From positions 1,054,001 to 1,118,000 of the forward strand of contig JAYWIR010000021.1 of the NCBI GenBank assembly GCA_036172245.1: a stretch of DNA of 64,000 bases, given 5' to 3'. Made by a program: the position numbers and the translations under genes. Shown here piece by piece: positions 50,201 to 63,650 of the stretch (positions within the stretch are counted from its first letter, which is position 1; every line of letters begins with the position of its first letter). The stretch is from Raillietiella orientalis. Taxonomy: Eukaryota. The notes beneath the pieces are model-generated. The model saw nothing but the letters and a program-made list of their open reading frames with translations, did no database searches and was not told the origin of the DNA.

Positions 50201-52592
50201 TCGCAGCGCGTCCGCGGTCGCGCAGAGGCTTTTCGACGTCTTCGTTCTCCTCCTATCCCACTCCCCTCGCTCCCCTCTTCCGGCAAGGGCAAGGCAGGCG
50301 AATAGTACCCCACCCCCGTCCAGAAGATCCCTCGCCCCTTCGGCACCACCACCCTTTCCTCCCCACCCGCTCTCCCCCTGCGTTGTATCCGCTGCCGACG
50401 CGCTCGAGCTACCGGAAAAGAAGAGGGACAAGTGGGGAGGAAGGGGGTGGAGGTGGGGAGAAGGCGAGAGGCCAGGCAGATAGTGTCGACGGCGGGATCG
50501 GCAGGATAAAGAGATCCTGTAAAAGGGGAGCTGCTGCTGGGTATCCCTCCTCCGCTGTAGCAGCGGCGACAACGAACGAGCGTGGAGCCTCCCGCGGGAT
50601 GACTCTCGGGGGAAGGGGAGGAGAGGGAGAGGGGACAGCCCCTAAAGGCGCCGCCGCCCAGAGTCCAGGCGGCGTCTGGTTCCTGGCAGGCGTCCAGGAA
50701 GTTTCCCTTCCGAGCGTCGGGGGGCCAAATCGAAGGAACCTTCCTCCTCCTCTTTTCTCCACCTTCCGCATCCACTCCCCGCTGCTGCTGCTTCTCCTCA
50801 TCCCCCCTCTTCCTCGTTGCCTTGGTCCTCTCCTCTTCTTCTCCCGCTCCTCCCTCTCCTCTCGGACGGAGCCCGCAGCCTCCCGTGGACAAACAAAGCG
50901 CGGTCGGTTCATCGATCCGATTTCTGTCTGCTTCCACGACGGACGACACTCGACGGGCGAAAACAAAAGCGGCGTGCGTGGGTACTCCGGGAAGGAGGGG
51001 GAACGCCGTCCACTTGCAGCGGGGGCAGCTGTGATCGGGAGGGAGGCCGAGCCGCGCTGCTTCCGGGAGCGAGGGTTGGTCTCCTGGGCCGGCGTCCCCC
51101 GAACACCGGGTTCTCGTACCCAAAATAGGGCGGGCCGGCTCGCTTTTTCCCCGCCCGAGGGGTCGTCCGGGACAGGCGCAGGGGCAGATCGGGGCCGCCG
51201 CCGCCGCCGCTTCTAGGCTCTCGGTCGGTTCCTCCTTGCGTAGGACCTGGCGGCAGCCCAGGGGAGTAGGGGAGCTCTTCGCCCGCTGTCCCGGAGAGAG
51301 AGCTGAAGGGCTCCCTCCTGCTATCCGCGGCCCCCCGTGGGGTTGCAGGGAGCTGCGTTTCGCGAGAGGCGAGGAAGCGGAAGTCTCCTCGGGACACGCG
51401 GGTTGGCTCCCGGTCCTCTTCTGCCGCCGTTTCCCGCAGCAAGAGGAGGAGGAGAAGACCCTGCTATCCCCGGGACGTGGAACTTCGCCCTTCCCGCGGC
51501 TCCTCCGCTTATCGTTCCGCTCCGGGATGCAACTCGCAGCCGGAAATCCATCCCAGGGATCCGCACCGGGGTCTCCCAGGGACCCCGGGGCGAATTTCCA
51601 GCTCGCGACGCTGCTGCGCTGCTTTTCGCGCCATCTTCTTCCCGGTTGTTGTTCCCCACGCAACGGTCTCGACCACAAAGCGCGACACGAGCGGCGCCAG
51701 CCATTGCTTGACGGTGGCGGCGGACGCCACCGTCGACGGGCTGATCTCCAGGATTCCATCTGGCTAGCCATCACCGGGTTCCGTTTCCGGATACTCGGAA
51801 TGTGGGCCTGGCTGCTCGAAACCGGAAGCCTCTCTCGGACGGGGTGGGAAGAGGAGCCGTCCCCAAGGGAATCCGCAAGTGGCGGCGGCTTCGCTTTCCT
51901 CCTTACCGCTCTCTTCCTCTTCTCGCCCGGGTTCCGTTTCCTGCCTGAAACGCCGCCGTCGTTGGGTGCGGTGGCGGACCCGCATTCCGCATCCTCCGGA
52001 CAGTTCCGTGGGGTTCGAGTGCTACAGCCTCTCTTCCGGCGAAGGTCACCCCCGTGAGCTCAACGCGGAGCCGATGTTCCCCTGCAGATGCTGGAGACCT
52101 GGAGCGCGGCCAAACCGAACCGAGCAAAAAGGCGAGCACGCTGGAGCCAGTGTGTTCTCTCCCGAGAGGGGGGGGGGGGACGGGGTGCAGGGGACCCGAG
52201 GGTCAGGGTTTGCTCAGGAAGGGTTTAGGATTTGGTGGGAAGGAGCCTGGGACTCGTCGCCCTGCGCCTCTCGTGAGGGACGCTCTCTTATCCCGGCACC
52301 CTCTTCTAACGCAGGGAACTCCGCAGGCCGCAGGGCGGTCTCGACGTCTCCTTCTGTGGTCGACACCTCGCAAGCTCAGGAGGGCAGCTTCCGAGGTCGA
52401 GTTGTCAACTGCCCTTCTTCTGCCGCCCGCCCACTCCTCTCTTCTGCTGTCCTTCCAAAGTTGAAGGGGGAGGAAGAAAAGGGGTCTGTCTGAGGGTCTC
52501 CACGAGCCGCCTTGAACGAAGCAGCCGTCTCTTCCGTGAAGGCCGTGCCGCGCCGCCTTGTGCCGTGGGAAGGGATGTGTGTCGATAACCTT

Positions 52593-54995
52593 CCGTTGCC
52601 CGGAGACCACAGTCGAGGATCAGGGAAGAGAGTGGCGGCCTTTGAATCGGGTAGGCGGGGTGCGCACGCATTCACCGAGTTGACCCCTCCCGCTTGCACC
52701 CTTCTCTACTCTTCCTCCTCCTTCCTCAGGAGGTCGGGTCCCGATGACGGAGGAGCCCCTAGCGGCGGCATTCGCCGTGCTGCGGCGCGAAGGAAATTCA
52801 AGGAGCTGCAGAAGACCTGCGAAGATTCGGAAGCTGCGTCGGAAGAACCGCTCTCCTTTGACGAAAAGGACCGACCCGGGCACGAACGCAATCCTAAGAC
52901 GGATAGAGGAGCTTTCCACCCCTTTTAAAGAGCCCTCGGTCCTCTCGCCTTGTTAGATGCGCGCGTCAGCTGCGGTCCTTTCAAAAGGTCTTCCGAGATG
53001 GAGGGGCAAGGGTGATTCTTCGAGGGTTATTTCCTCGGCCGCATGGGAAGGGTCCGCCTCCCCTAAGGCCACAGACAGACACTCTGTCGCTTTTTCCTCT
53101 GCTTTTGTTGTGCGTGCGTGGTCTCCGGCAACGAAAGAATGTGAACTCCAGCGCGCGCGAACTCGCCGCGAGCAGGACGAATGGGGGTGGATTCCGGCAT
53201 CCGGAGAGATTCCGGGAGAGACGGAGCGCGGCCCTCGGTCCAACGAGAGAGGGGAAAGGATCCCGCTTCCATCCTGCAATCCAGCCAGCTCGGGACGACT
53301 GTGGAGCTGGGATAGAAAGCCACCCCACCCCAGCCGCGAAGGCGGTCCCTGCAAGAAACAGCGCGCGCACTTGCACCCCTTTCTCCCCTTCTGAGCCCGT
53401 CGCTGCTGCGCACAGGAACTCTACGGCCTCCTTGACCTCCTTTGATGGCTTCCTTTGTGACTGCTCACCGAGCACGCTCTCCGCTGCACTCCAACTGGGG
53501 TGGGAGGGAGGGAGCACCCTGGGAGCATTTCGTCTCCCTGCACTCCACTTGCGTCCCAGATCACCTGGGGGAATTTTGGGAAAACTCCACTCTCTCCCTT
53601 GTTCCATCCCCCATCCCCCCCGCCTCCATTCCAGCATCTTCTTGCCTTCAGAGTCTCCCCATGTCTCTCCGTGCAGCCTAGAGGCTCAGTCTCATAGTTC
53701 CTCCCGTCTTGCTCTCGCCCTCGCGATCGCGCAGGAAGGTCCCTCTCGATTCTCCTGAGCCTTAAAACGGAGTTGGGACTCCCTAGAGGACCGAAGGGCC
53801 TTCGCTTCCGGTTCCTGGAGTCCCGCTTCGGAGGACTGACCTCCGCATCCCTCACTCACCTGGAAGGCGGAAAAAAAAAAAAAAAAAAGAAAGGATCCGT
53901 AGGTTTGGAAAGAGCAAGCAAGTCGTTCCTGGGTCAGCGTCCCCTGGCCCGGGAACAACCCAGAGAAAATCCTCCGGTGAGATGCGCACGGTCATCGGGA
54001 AGAAGGAAGCGCCCTTGTCGGAGAGGCAAGGCAGCCTCCTCCTCGTTCCCTAGCGGCAGCGCGCCCACAGGAAACGCGCTCCCGCAACCGGGGTGCGCAG
54101 CTGCGCACCGCGGAAAGCCAGGAGAAAGTGCGTGCACCGTGGCATCATCTGGAGATTCCTCTGCCCCTGGACACGGGAGGTCCTAAGGTTTCGGGCTGCC
54201 GCGGGCGTCGTACTGGCTCCTCCGGGACACGCCTGCGTGCCCGACTCCTGAAAGGCATCCAGACCCGATCTTCACCCCTCCCCCACATCCCCTAAAGACG
54301 CTCTCCACTCACCCATCACCCCATCGATGCGCGCGCTTGTTCGCTCTGCTGCAGCCTCTGCCCGCAGACTAAGCCTCGTTCCGACTAAATAAACCAGGGA
54401 TGTCCTGGCAACGCACTGCTGCTCTCAGAATGAACCCGATACTTTTTCCCGCGGATCCCGGGAGCGCCGTTCCAGCCGCTGTCAAGGCAGAATCGGTTTC
54501 ACGCGGGAGCTTCGAGAAGCCGCCGCCTCGGAGAGCACGTCGCGGCCGCGCGGCGGCACCCGAGCTGAGGGGTGGCGGCGAGGAGGGGGAAAGAGGGATA
54601 CAGTGGTGGAAGGGGGGCTTCCTGAGGGTGCCTCGGGAATTTTGGGGTGCGCTGGAAGGAGACGGAGGCAAGGGGGGTGGGGGGAGATCTGCCTTATGCC
54701 TTTTTGAGCACGGGGCTGTCCGCAAGGGGGCAGCAGCATTCCTTTCCCCGGGGGAGTTCCTGATTTTCGAGTGCGGCCCATTGCGGACTTCCCCTCCCTC
54801 TTTCTCCTCCTTTTCCCCTCTTCCGCTGGACCGAGGGCCGCTCTCTGTCCCCCCTGGTTGCCGGAATCCCCCCTCTCCTCCGTTCGTTCTACCCGTGGCG
54901 AATTCGCGCGCTCCGGAATTCCCATCCCTCCATTGCCCGGAGGCTACAATCGAGGATCAAGGAAGAGCATGTTGGCCTTTTAATCGGGCAGGCGC
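52593..54995. repeat. three diverged copies of one repeat: ~52593-52660 (+), ~53120-53270 (-), ~54808-54995 (+)
   Basis: ttgcccggagaccacagtcgaggatcagggaagag..cctttgaatcgggtaggcg aligns with 54933 ttgcccggaggctacaatcgaggatcaaggaagag..ccttttaatcgggcaggcg. The reverse complement of 53120-53270 aligns with 54808-54945 (shared tggaccgagggccgc). Confidence 0.7.
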
Positions 54996-57900
54996 GGGCT
55001 GGTTCGCGTTCGCTCTCGGAGATCAAACAGATGGCCGTCGCCACTGTGACACGCTTCATGGCCGGGAGCCTTCGGCAAGGAGAGGCTCTGCCGGCCCACG
55101 TCGTCCCGAGCTGCCTGGAGCGGTGGCGGACGCACCCGCGGCGTCCGGTTAGAGGCCGGCGAGGGAATTGCGAGCAGTGCCCACCGCCCACGACGCCCCT
55201 TTGTCATCTCGGCCTTACCCGGCGACGTATTGGCGGGTGATCTGCTCAGCTGCCGGGCTTGCCGATCCCACGACTCCCGGCAGCCATCCGACCCCACTCC
55301 GCTGACGGGGTCTTCTTCGCGGTCTTGTACTGGGGTCTTCCTCACCCGCTCCTTCTCTGAGTCATACCCTGGGGCTAGCGAAGAACGGGCTTGCTTCGAA
55401 GGGTCGATGCCCGCGGCACCAACCCCACGAGACGTCTTTGCCCCGATCCTGCGCCAGGGAATCCTCTGGCGCAGTCCCCTGGGACTCGGACGTAACTGTA
55501 CCGGCGCACCTGGGGAGAGATCGGGAAGGGGGAAAGCTAGGAATGGGGTGGGAGGGAGCTGTTTCCCGTAAGGGCTGCCGCCATTCGTGAATCGTCCCCC
55601 GCGGCATCCAGGATGACACCGTGCCCTTCCCTCTGCCTCTCGTACGGCAGCAGCAGGAGCACCGGCCTCCCTCGCCTTTTCACATCCTGTGCCCCCGGGA
55701 AGAGGTTGCGCTGGAAAAGGAGGCGAGGAGGTGTGTGACCCTCGTGACCTCTTCGGCAGGTTGCTGACCTGAGAGCGCTCCGCTTCTCTCCGGGACGACT
55801 TTCCTCCGCTCCTTGACTTGCAGGAAGGTTTTTCCCCTCCTCTTTTCAGGTCCTCGCAGATTTCCTGAAGCGCCTACCGCGCCGCCTCCTGCAGGAGTTT
55901 CCTCCTCGGAGCCTTACGCTCCCTCCCCCTCGAAGCTCTCCGCATTGCTTTCGTCAGGCGGCATGGAGTGCAGTAGGGAAGGGGTCTCCGGGATGCAGTA
56001 TGAAGGGGCCGGAATTTCGGATCACCTCCGTTCCTCCTCTTCCCCGGAGACGGAAGCTCCCAGCGGGGAGGAACCGCAAATCCGCGCGGGAGCCCCGTCG
56101 TCACGCAGAGCAGCGGCGCCGATCCCGCTCCACCACAGCGCCGGCGGCGCACACGTGGCTCCATGCCTCCCGCGGAGGGATTACGGCAGTCGACGACGGC
56201 ATCAGGAAAGAGGGACGAAGAAGAGGGGAGAAGGGGTGGTGTGGAGCTTCAGAGGCGCCATTAGGACCCGCTGCCGCTGCTGAGGAGGCTGCGCGAGGAC
56301 AAAGAGGAAGACGGAACGATGGAGAAAGAGAGGAGGGTGGGGGTTGGGAGCTGGGGGGGAGGATGTGGAGAGAAAGAAGGGGGAGGAAGAGATAGGGCAG
56401 GCTGGAAGCATCGTGGGTGAGAGGAGCGAGCGTTTCCTGGTGAGGGGACGTCATCTCCGCTCCGCTGACCCGGACGAACGCGGTCGTCTCTTCTGGCCAC
56501 CAGCTCGACCTCGCGGAGATCCTCGCCGGCTGCCGCGGTGTGCTGTCCGCCTCCACTTTCCTGGGGGGCGTCGCGGCGGGCGGACGAAAGTCTCCCCGCT
56601 CTATCTTCCTCCCTGCCCCTCTGGGTGCGCCTGCTCCGGCCGGTCTCCATGCTGAGCTCCGGGAGTCGGGGGCTGCGCCTGCAGCATCCTTGAGCCGCGG
56701 GGTCGCTTCCGGCAGTCCGGCTCCTGTCGCCCCCGGAACGATCCGGGAATTCTCACGGGACACCACCGAGTCCTGGATGCCCGGAGGCGAGGGTGCTTCT
56801 GCATCGTCGCGCGCACACGGAGCTCAAGACCCTCAAGACTCCCCTTTTCGAAAAACCGAAGCGCACGATGATGTTCCTCTCGGGGACGGCAGGTGAAATT
56901 CCAGGTCCTCTTCCCTTCTTCCAGGCCGCGCGCACATCCCAGGTCGCGCATCGTGGGAATTCCGGATCTCCTGAGAGCCAGCAATGCGGCACTGCTTGCT
57001 GCAGAGCTGAAATCAGCAGCGGTTGGAGACGCTGGATGACTTGCTGACCACGTGCGCTCTGCCCCCGCTTCTTGCGCGTGTGCTCGCTCCGCGTCGCCGA
57101 CGGCTCGCCTCCGAAGCGACCTGCGGGCATCGGCGGCTTGTCTCCGACAGCTTGCGGTGGTTTCGCTGGCAGCGGCAGCGGGAACCGAGGTCGGGGAGCA
57201 GACCGAGGAAAGAGGCGCTCCGCCCGCTCTGGTCCAATAGGAGACTCCGCGCTTGTACGCGCCTCGACCTGCAGCCACCTCAGAGGCGAACCGATCCGCC
57301 AGGCATCGGAATGGGGGGCAGCAGGAAGGGTCTTCGAGCTCCGCGGGCTGGGAGTTTGGACGTGCCGTCCCTCCCGTGTCCCATCCTTCTCGAACGAGGT
57401 GGCCAGTCAGCTGCCCTCGTCCACGTGGTCGCAGTAGCACCATCGCACGCCTGGACCCCCTTCTACCGCGAGGAGGAGCTGGCTGCAGGGACTCTTTCCC
57501 TTCGATCTTCGCCTTCCTCCCGCTGCTTCCCCTTCGGAGCGGCAGCCTCGCTGGCTGCTCTCGTGTTTCCGCGGTAGAAGAGAACCCGCATGCGTCGCAG
57601 CTCGCCGGCGGCCTCGCCCACGCCACTAGGCGTCATTTCTTCTTCCTAGCACGTTGCACTCTTAATTAAGCGCACGATGATGTTCATCAGCGGGGAAGGA
57701 GAGAACCGCCGCGATGATGACGGAAACCGAGGAGGATGGAAGCTGCGCTGCGACGAGGGAAGTTGATAAACACGACGGATCCAAGGAAGGAGGAGGGGAC
57801 TGCTGCTGGTCTTGCGCGCCGCCCACTGCTGCCTCACCTAGACACATCCGAGCTTCCCGCTTCCCCTTACTCCCGAGGCTCGCAGGAAAGAGTATCGCGA

Positions 57901-59899
57901 AAAGAGTGTTCATAAAATTTCAGATGTAAATGACAGACTCTGGCATCCCTGCGCCGAACCAGGGCGGAGGCAGCGCGGCTGCTGTACGAGTGTTTAAGAA
58001 GATAAAGTGGTTCAGGGACGAAGAAGGAACACCAACTCGAGGAGAATTTTCATAATGTGAATATGGAGACGTTAAGAGTGGGATCCGAAGAGACAGTTAT
58101 GCATTTTAGGGGCGTTGAGCAGACAGGGATGAATTAATGGGATTCCGCTCTCGGGTCGGTGAATAATCACGCCTTGCCTGTGATCGGATTCTGGCTGTGC
58201 CTTTCATCTTCCAGCCTCCCCGGGTGAAAAATTGTCCTCTCCAGAAATGCACTTCTTTCACGAGGCCCCCCCTTTTCCTCCCCAGACACGCATGCTGCGA
58301 GCTGGTAATCGCCCGCTTTTGTTGCTGTTTTGTCGCTGTTCGATTTGCTTGAGTTCCGGTTGGGTCGCGCACCTTCGGGTTCCCCTCCGGCCGAGCGCGC
58401 TTTGCCCGCCAATCAGGCGGCGGCTCCCTCCTGATTTTACGTGCGTCCGTCTGAGGGAGCTGTTCTTCCCAGGAGGAGGAGGTGGTGGAGGGCAAACTGG
58501 AAGGCTCCTCTCCATCTTCACCTCTCGCCAGAATGGTGGACCTACCCTGTGCCCAGGACGCCTTCTAGAAACGTTCCGATCTGTGAATTTCCCGTATCGA
58601 TCCTCGTGCGCGCCGGCTCGCTTCCGAACGTGAGTGGACGCAGGACTTCCCTTGAATTCGTTGCCGAGGGAGGGGCTGTCAGAAAGGAACGGTCGCCAAA
58701 AGGAGGGAGGATTCGCACTTCCCTTTGGCGGCGCCGGACGCCGGAGCTCTGCTGCGGTGACGCGAGCCACTTGGGGAGGCCTTCCCTGTGCATCCGAGGC
58801 GGCCACCTTCTGGAGTTCTCCCAAAGGGAAGGAGGGGGGGTCATGGAGAGAAAAGCTCTGGCCACTCCCTCTGGTTCCAACGGGAAGATGGTGCGGCTGA
58901 GTGGGAAAAAAAGGAGCAGCCTCCCTGATCTTCCACGCTGCCTGGGGAGGGAGGGGACCAGCTTGAAGAACGAGGGACGGTGACTGGAGCGAGTCTGACG
59001 GGAAGGAGAGGCGAAAGCACGAAGATTCTTCGCCCTTGCGGAGCGGAGGAGGAAGAGATCGGAGCCGTCGAGGCCGAGCAAGCAGAGATGACGACGACGA
59101 CGCGTGCGCGGCGCTGCTTCGCAGCAGTTGCAGGCTGCGCGCGTGCCTCGCTGGCGGGTTCACGCAAGCCCCGGCAGCATCCTTTACCCTCTCTCCATTC
59201 CGGGATCCGAGAAGAGAGCTTCCCGGCACTGCATCCTAGACGCGGCGGTGCAGATTTCAGGGGGGAGTCGGGAGCGTTCCCTGCCCTTTTGTTCTCTCGG
59301 ATGGCGCTTCTGCGACCGGCCAGGGTTTCCCTTATGCGATTATTTCCAGCGCGGAGTCTCGCAGGACTTGACGCGAAAGGGGAATGAGGAGAGAGGGGGA
59401 GAAGAAACGGGAAGAGGGAGTGGAGAAGGAGGAGAAGAAGAGGGGGGGGGGGAGGAAGACTGCGTGTGAAGGACGAGCTGGGAGAAACGGAACGGGAGGG
59501 TCTCCCGTTCCACCCGAAGCAGTCGGTTGAGTGGCGCCAGCAGAGAGAGTGCAAGAGCGACCGGCAGGCGACCTTGAAGGCTCGGAGAGGCAGTGCTGGA
59601 CTCCCGTCGTGAAACTGCTCCAAGCCTCTTCGCCCTGCGTCTAATCATTCCCTTCTCTCCTATTGAAGACGCCTTGGAGCTCGAGGAGCGAAAGGAGGTC
59701 GAGCGAGAGCACAAAAACCGCAACTGCCTCGAGGGTGCTTCCCTCTTCTGGATAGCTCGTATGGTCATCCGAGTGTCTTCCGCTCAAGGCGATCGATGGA
59801 CGCGTTCGCTCTCTGTTAAGCACCCTTTCCCATTCCGAGTTCTGAAGAGTGCTTTCCAGCATGGGACTCTTTGACACTTTAACTTCCAGCTCTGGCCGC

Positions 59900-60400
59900 A
59901 GACAGCACGAACATTCGGTGCTCCGGAGGTGTACCCAAGATGGGCAGGTTCTTATTCATCGACGAGAAGCTGAACAGGATGCGGGTCTCGGGATTCGGGA
60001 GGGAGGAGCCGCTGATGCTGTGCACCTACGCGACCAAGGCATACCGGAGCAGGTTGAAGTTCCGGCTGACCAACCTGATCGCCTCCCACAGGCTGAAGGA
60101 CGGCGGTGCCAACGTGGTCGCCACCGATCACCCGTACGTCTTCTGCTCGTGAGAGAAGGAGCTCGAGCTTCGACTGCCCCACCGAGGCACTGAAGCCACT
60201 CAAGGTCGACATGCGCCACCTGTCCAGATAGCAGGTAGCAGAGGTGTTGTTCATAGTCAACGCCGAAGAGGAGGAGGCTATGAAGGTGCTGGAGAGCTCC
60301 TCGTTCTCAGGACCGGGGTCATTACCAGCAGGAATATACTGGGATCCCTGCCAGGGTAAGTGACGCACGTGACCGGCACGTGGTTCGGGGACCCGGACGA
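59900..60400 (+). mobile_element. possible BEL/Pao LTR retrotransposon protease-region remnant
   Basis: FIDEKL..RVSGFG...VVATDHPYVFC and downstream GIYWD resemble the BEL/Pao peptidase region; catalytic DSG not intact; stops present. Confidence 0.35.
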
Positions 60401-62199
60401 GCTGAGCTACCTCAGGGACGACATCCAAGCCTACAGGGCGAGGCTCGTCGTACTCAGGAAGGCGCGAGGCGCGTGACGGAGCGCCACCAGAAAATCGGGG
60501 GAAAACTCCTCGATTTTCTGGTGCCCCGCAAACGCTTCTTCCCTTTTCCGAATCCCAAACTGAGATTCTTCTGTAGCCCGGTCCCTCCTTCGTCTTTTCA
60601 AGCAGGAGGAGGATCGCAGCGGGGACGGAGCTCCCACGGTTCTCGAAGGAGTCTGGAGCGACTATCGTGGCTTCCCACTCGTCACCGGCGTGGACCCTTA
60701 GCCTCAGGCAGATGAGGAGAAACGGGAGCTTTTAGGGACGAGGGGAAGCTGGTATCCTAGATATCCAATTGGGAAACCGGCCGGAAACGAAACTCGAGAG
60801 GGTGGATCCCCGGTGACCATCAAGCACTCCCTCCTATCCTGAGGAAAGCCCTTGAGAAACCGATTCTGCCTCCATCCACCATCGGAGAGGAGGCGGAAGA
60901 GCAGTTTCGAGACGCTAGCCGGACTCGAATGCCACCCACCGAGTTCTTTCCCGGGAGGTTTCCAGATCCCGGTCGGGTTCCTTTCTCCTTCTTCCCTTCT
61001 TTAGCTCCCCGTTCTTGGTTCCCTTCTCTCTCTCTCGAACAGGACTCCTGAAGAACAAGGCCTGCCTTTTCTTTCAGGAGTGCTTCCCTTTCTTACTGGC
61101 GATCCACGTCTGGTGATGGCGGCTGCCGTTGTCCTTTGTTCGAAGCTCGGCAACTCTGCGGTCACAGAGTTCCTTGAAGCCTCGGTGATGCAAGAGGGAG
61201 ACTGGAATCTCGCTCGAATGCCACCTCCTGGTGAGGTCCTGGTGCAGGAATCGGTCGTCAGACGATAGGATGCGAGGTTTTTGCCGCGATCTGTTTGCCA
61301 TCCGCTGTGTGAGTGGATTTGGCAACCCTTTTGGCCGACCACCTGTTTTCCCTGGTGGTCGGTGTTGGCTACCCTGCTCCTGCTTGAAGGTCGAGGGATG
61401 CGTTTCCGATTAAAAGCCGGCTCTCACTTGGCGAGGCGGACTGGATTTCATGTGTTGCCGTTCCAGCTTCTAGTACCCTGCTGTTGATTCCCACGGACCC
61501 TGACCAGTTTTATCTGAACCACTGATCTGCTGCTCTTTCGTCCAAGAGAAATGACTGAAATGAAGGTATCCAGTGTCTAGTCGGGACGTCGGAAGAGCTG
61601 CAAGCGTGCAGGAAGCACTGAATCATTCCGCTGAGCCAACGCCATCGATACCACCGCGGTGGCGTTCGGGGCGTGTCGGAGCTCCCGAGGTGCGCACGAC
61701 CCCGGAGCGCTTCCCTGAAGGTGGCTGCGGAACGTTGCGCGGAGCGCCAACGAGCGACGGGGAAGGGAAGTCAGAATCGTCCGCCACGAATCGCTCCGGA
61801 CAGCTGGAGGCTAGAATGACCGCCGAGTCGCTTCTTTTCAATCACTTCTCATGCTGTGCTGAATACTTGACTTGAGGATTTCCGTGATGACCACTCTGCG
61901 AGTCATTTTCATGTAAAGGCAGTGCGGTGACCGCTGCATCCGTATCAAAAGACATTCCTCTTTACGCAGAGAATGAGTTATGTTGTTGAAAGCGCATCTC
62001 TCCCGTCCCCCTATGAGTGTTGTTCGGGTTCTGGGAAGCTTTCCCCTCGGTGGGATTTTGGACAACCAACACGGGCCTGCTACCGCGCCTCGCGAGACCG
62101 CTCAGGACTCCGAAGAAACTCTTCCTACATCATTGGGAAGAGGAGGAGCTGGATCCTTCCGCAGCGCGGAAGCTGACCTGCCAGATCGTGGACGTTAGC

Positions 62200-63650
62200 A
62201 AGTCCATCGTGAGATGCAGAGCGACGCGGCTGGGGCACGAAGTCATGCTGAAAGACCTTGCTCAGGGCCAGTAAGAAAGGTGGATCGAATTCCTTGGAAT
62301 TTACCAGTAAGGAACTCTGATATCCCGGTGGCTATCACCAACATTTCCATCCTTTCCCGTCTCTACCAGATCACTACCATCTTGCTACTGCGCCACGGCC
62401 TCCCTAGAAACGGCTTCTGCGGGAACGATTCCAGGAAAGCGAGTGCTCGGAATCGCGAAAACCTTCCTCCGCACGCGCTTTTGGAATGTTGTCCAATGTG
62501 CAGGACTGGAAGCGCCCCTTCAGGGAGCCAATAATCCGGAGATGCCCCCAGGAGATGTCTGTCTCGGAAGAGCGTTCACTTCTTAGGGTTTACCAGATGC
62601 TTCTTCCGCGGCCATATTCAGTCACGCTGCGAGCAACGCCTGGTGATCGGCGAAACGGAGGAAGGGCGCGTGACGGTCGGGTCGTTCGCAACCACCACCG
62701 CCCTCATGGTCCGACCTGGAACGTGCAACAAAAGAAACCGCTGTGGTCAGACCAACTGGACACCTGGGAACACACCCTATTCACTCGCTCGCGTCCATAG
62801 CCGGCACGAATCCTCTTCATCACGACCCATCCCATTTCTGTTTACTTGTTTCTTTATTCGATCTGGCTCCTCACCCTCTACTCCCTCCTCGGTTTTGTAC
62901 CCACTGAGGGACCTCAGTGGGTGCAAAATCGGAGCCTTCGCTTCCGACTGGCACACGTGGGGACCTTTCCTATTTCTTACTGCGAATGAGGCGCTGTGGA
63001 AATGCCCTCCTCTCGTTTTCCCGGACTGTTCCCTGACTTTCCCAAAATTTATTTGCGCATTTTGAATGGAAGGGCTGGCGATCCGGGACGAGAAGGTTCG
63101 TTGCAAAGGACATCTCGATCGGTCGTCTCCACTTGCGGGCGAAAACCGAAATCGCAGCAGCGCACCTGCGGCGCGATCCGCACGCGCGCCTCTGTTGAAC
63201 GCTTGACCCAGCCTTTGCTGCGGGAGCTCGGCGCCAAATTAAAGGTCAAGTCGGCTTCCCGGTTTCCGGCCCATGCTACATTTGCAGCGACATCTTTATC
63301 GGATTCATCCCTACGGGACAGTTGCTCTTTTTTAAGATCGCCTTATCCTGGGCGGCGGTGGGGAAGATAATTCTTCCGAGGAGGAGTGAGGCACCGATAG
63401 CTGGGGGTACCTAAGGAATGGGACACATAAACGGATAAGTAATTCTGCTCTATTGACTTCTCGCGATATCACATAACGCTTGGATTCGTTTTCCGCCTGT
63501 CCACGTGGTACCTTTATGAAACGAGCACGGCTACTAAGGAGCGGCGATTGGCAGTGCAGCGCTGGCTACTGCGGAGGGTGTCTGGGATCCTCCTGCTGCA
63601 TTTCTGACGCGGGATGCTCGCGGGAAGAGCGGCGCGTGAATGTGGGAAGG
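62200..63650 (+). mobile_element. highly decayed non-LTR retrotransposon RT region, R2-like
   Basis: Ordered motifs ITNISILSRLY, RNGFCGND, SVSEERSLLR..LP, GCKIGAFASD (~KIxxLAFADD), VRHR*LGVP (~VRxWLxLP), DAGC. Frames are disrupted. Confidence 0.45.

Noticed and set aside
50011..51774. 587-aa ORF and the many other 100-470 aa ORFs in the track
   Set aside because: They overlap in several frames, have R/G/P/S-biased composition and show no recognisable motifs.
57900..58140. AT-rich stretch resembling a gag fragment (QLEENFHNVNMETLRVGSEETV)
   Set aside because: Too short and degenerate to assign without a search.
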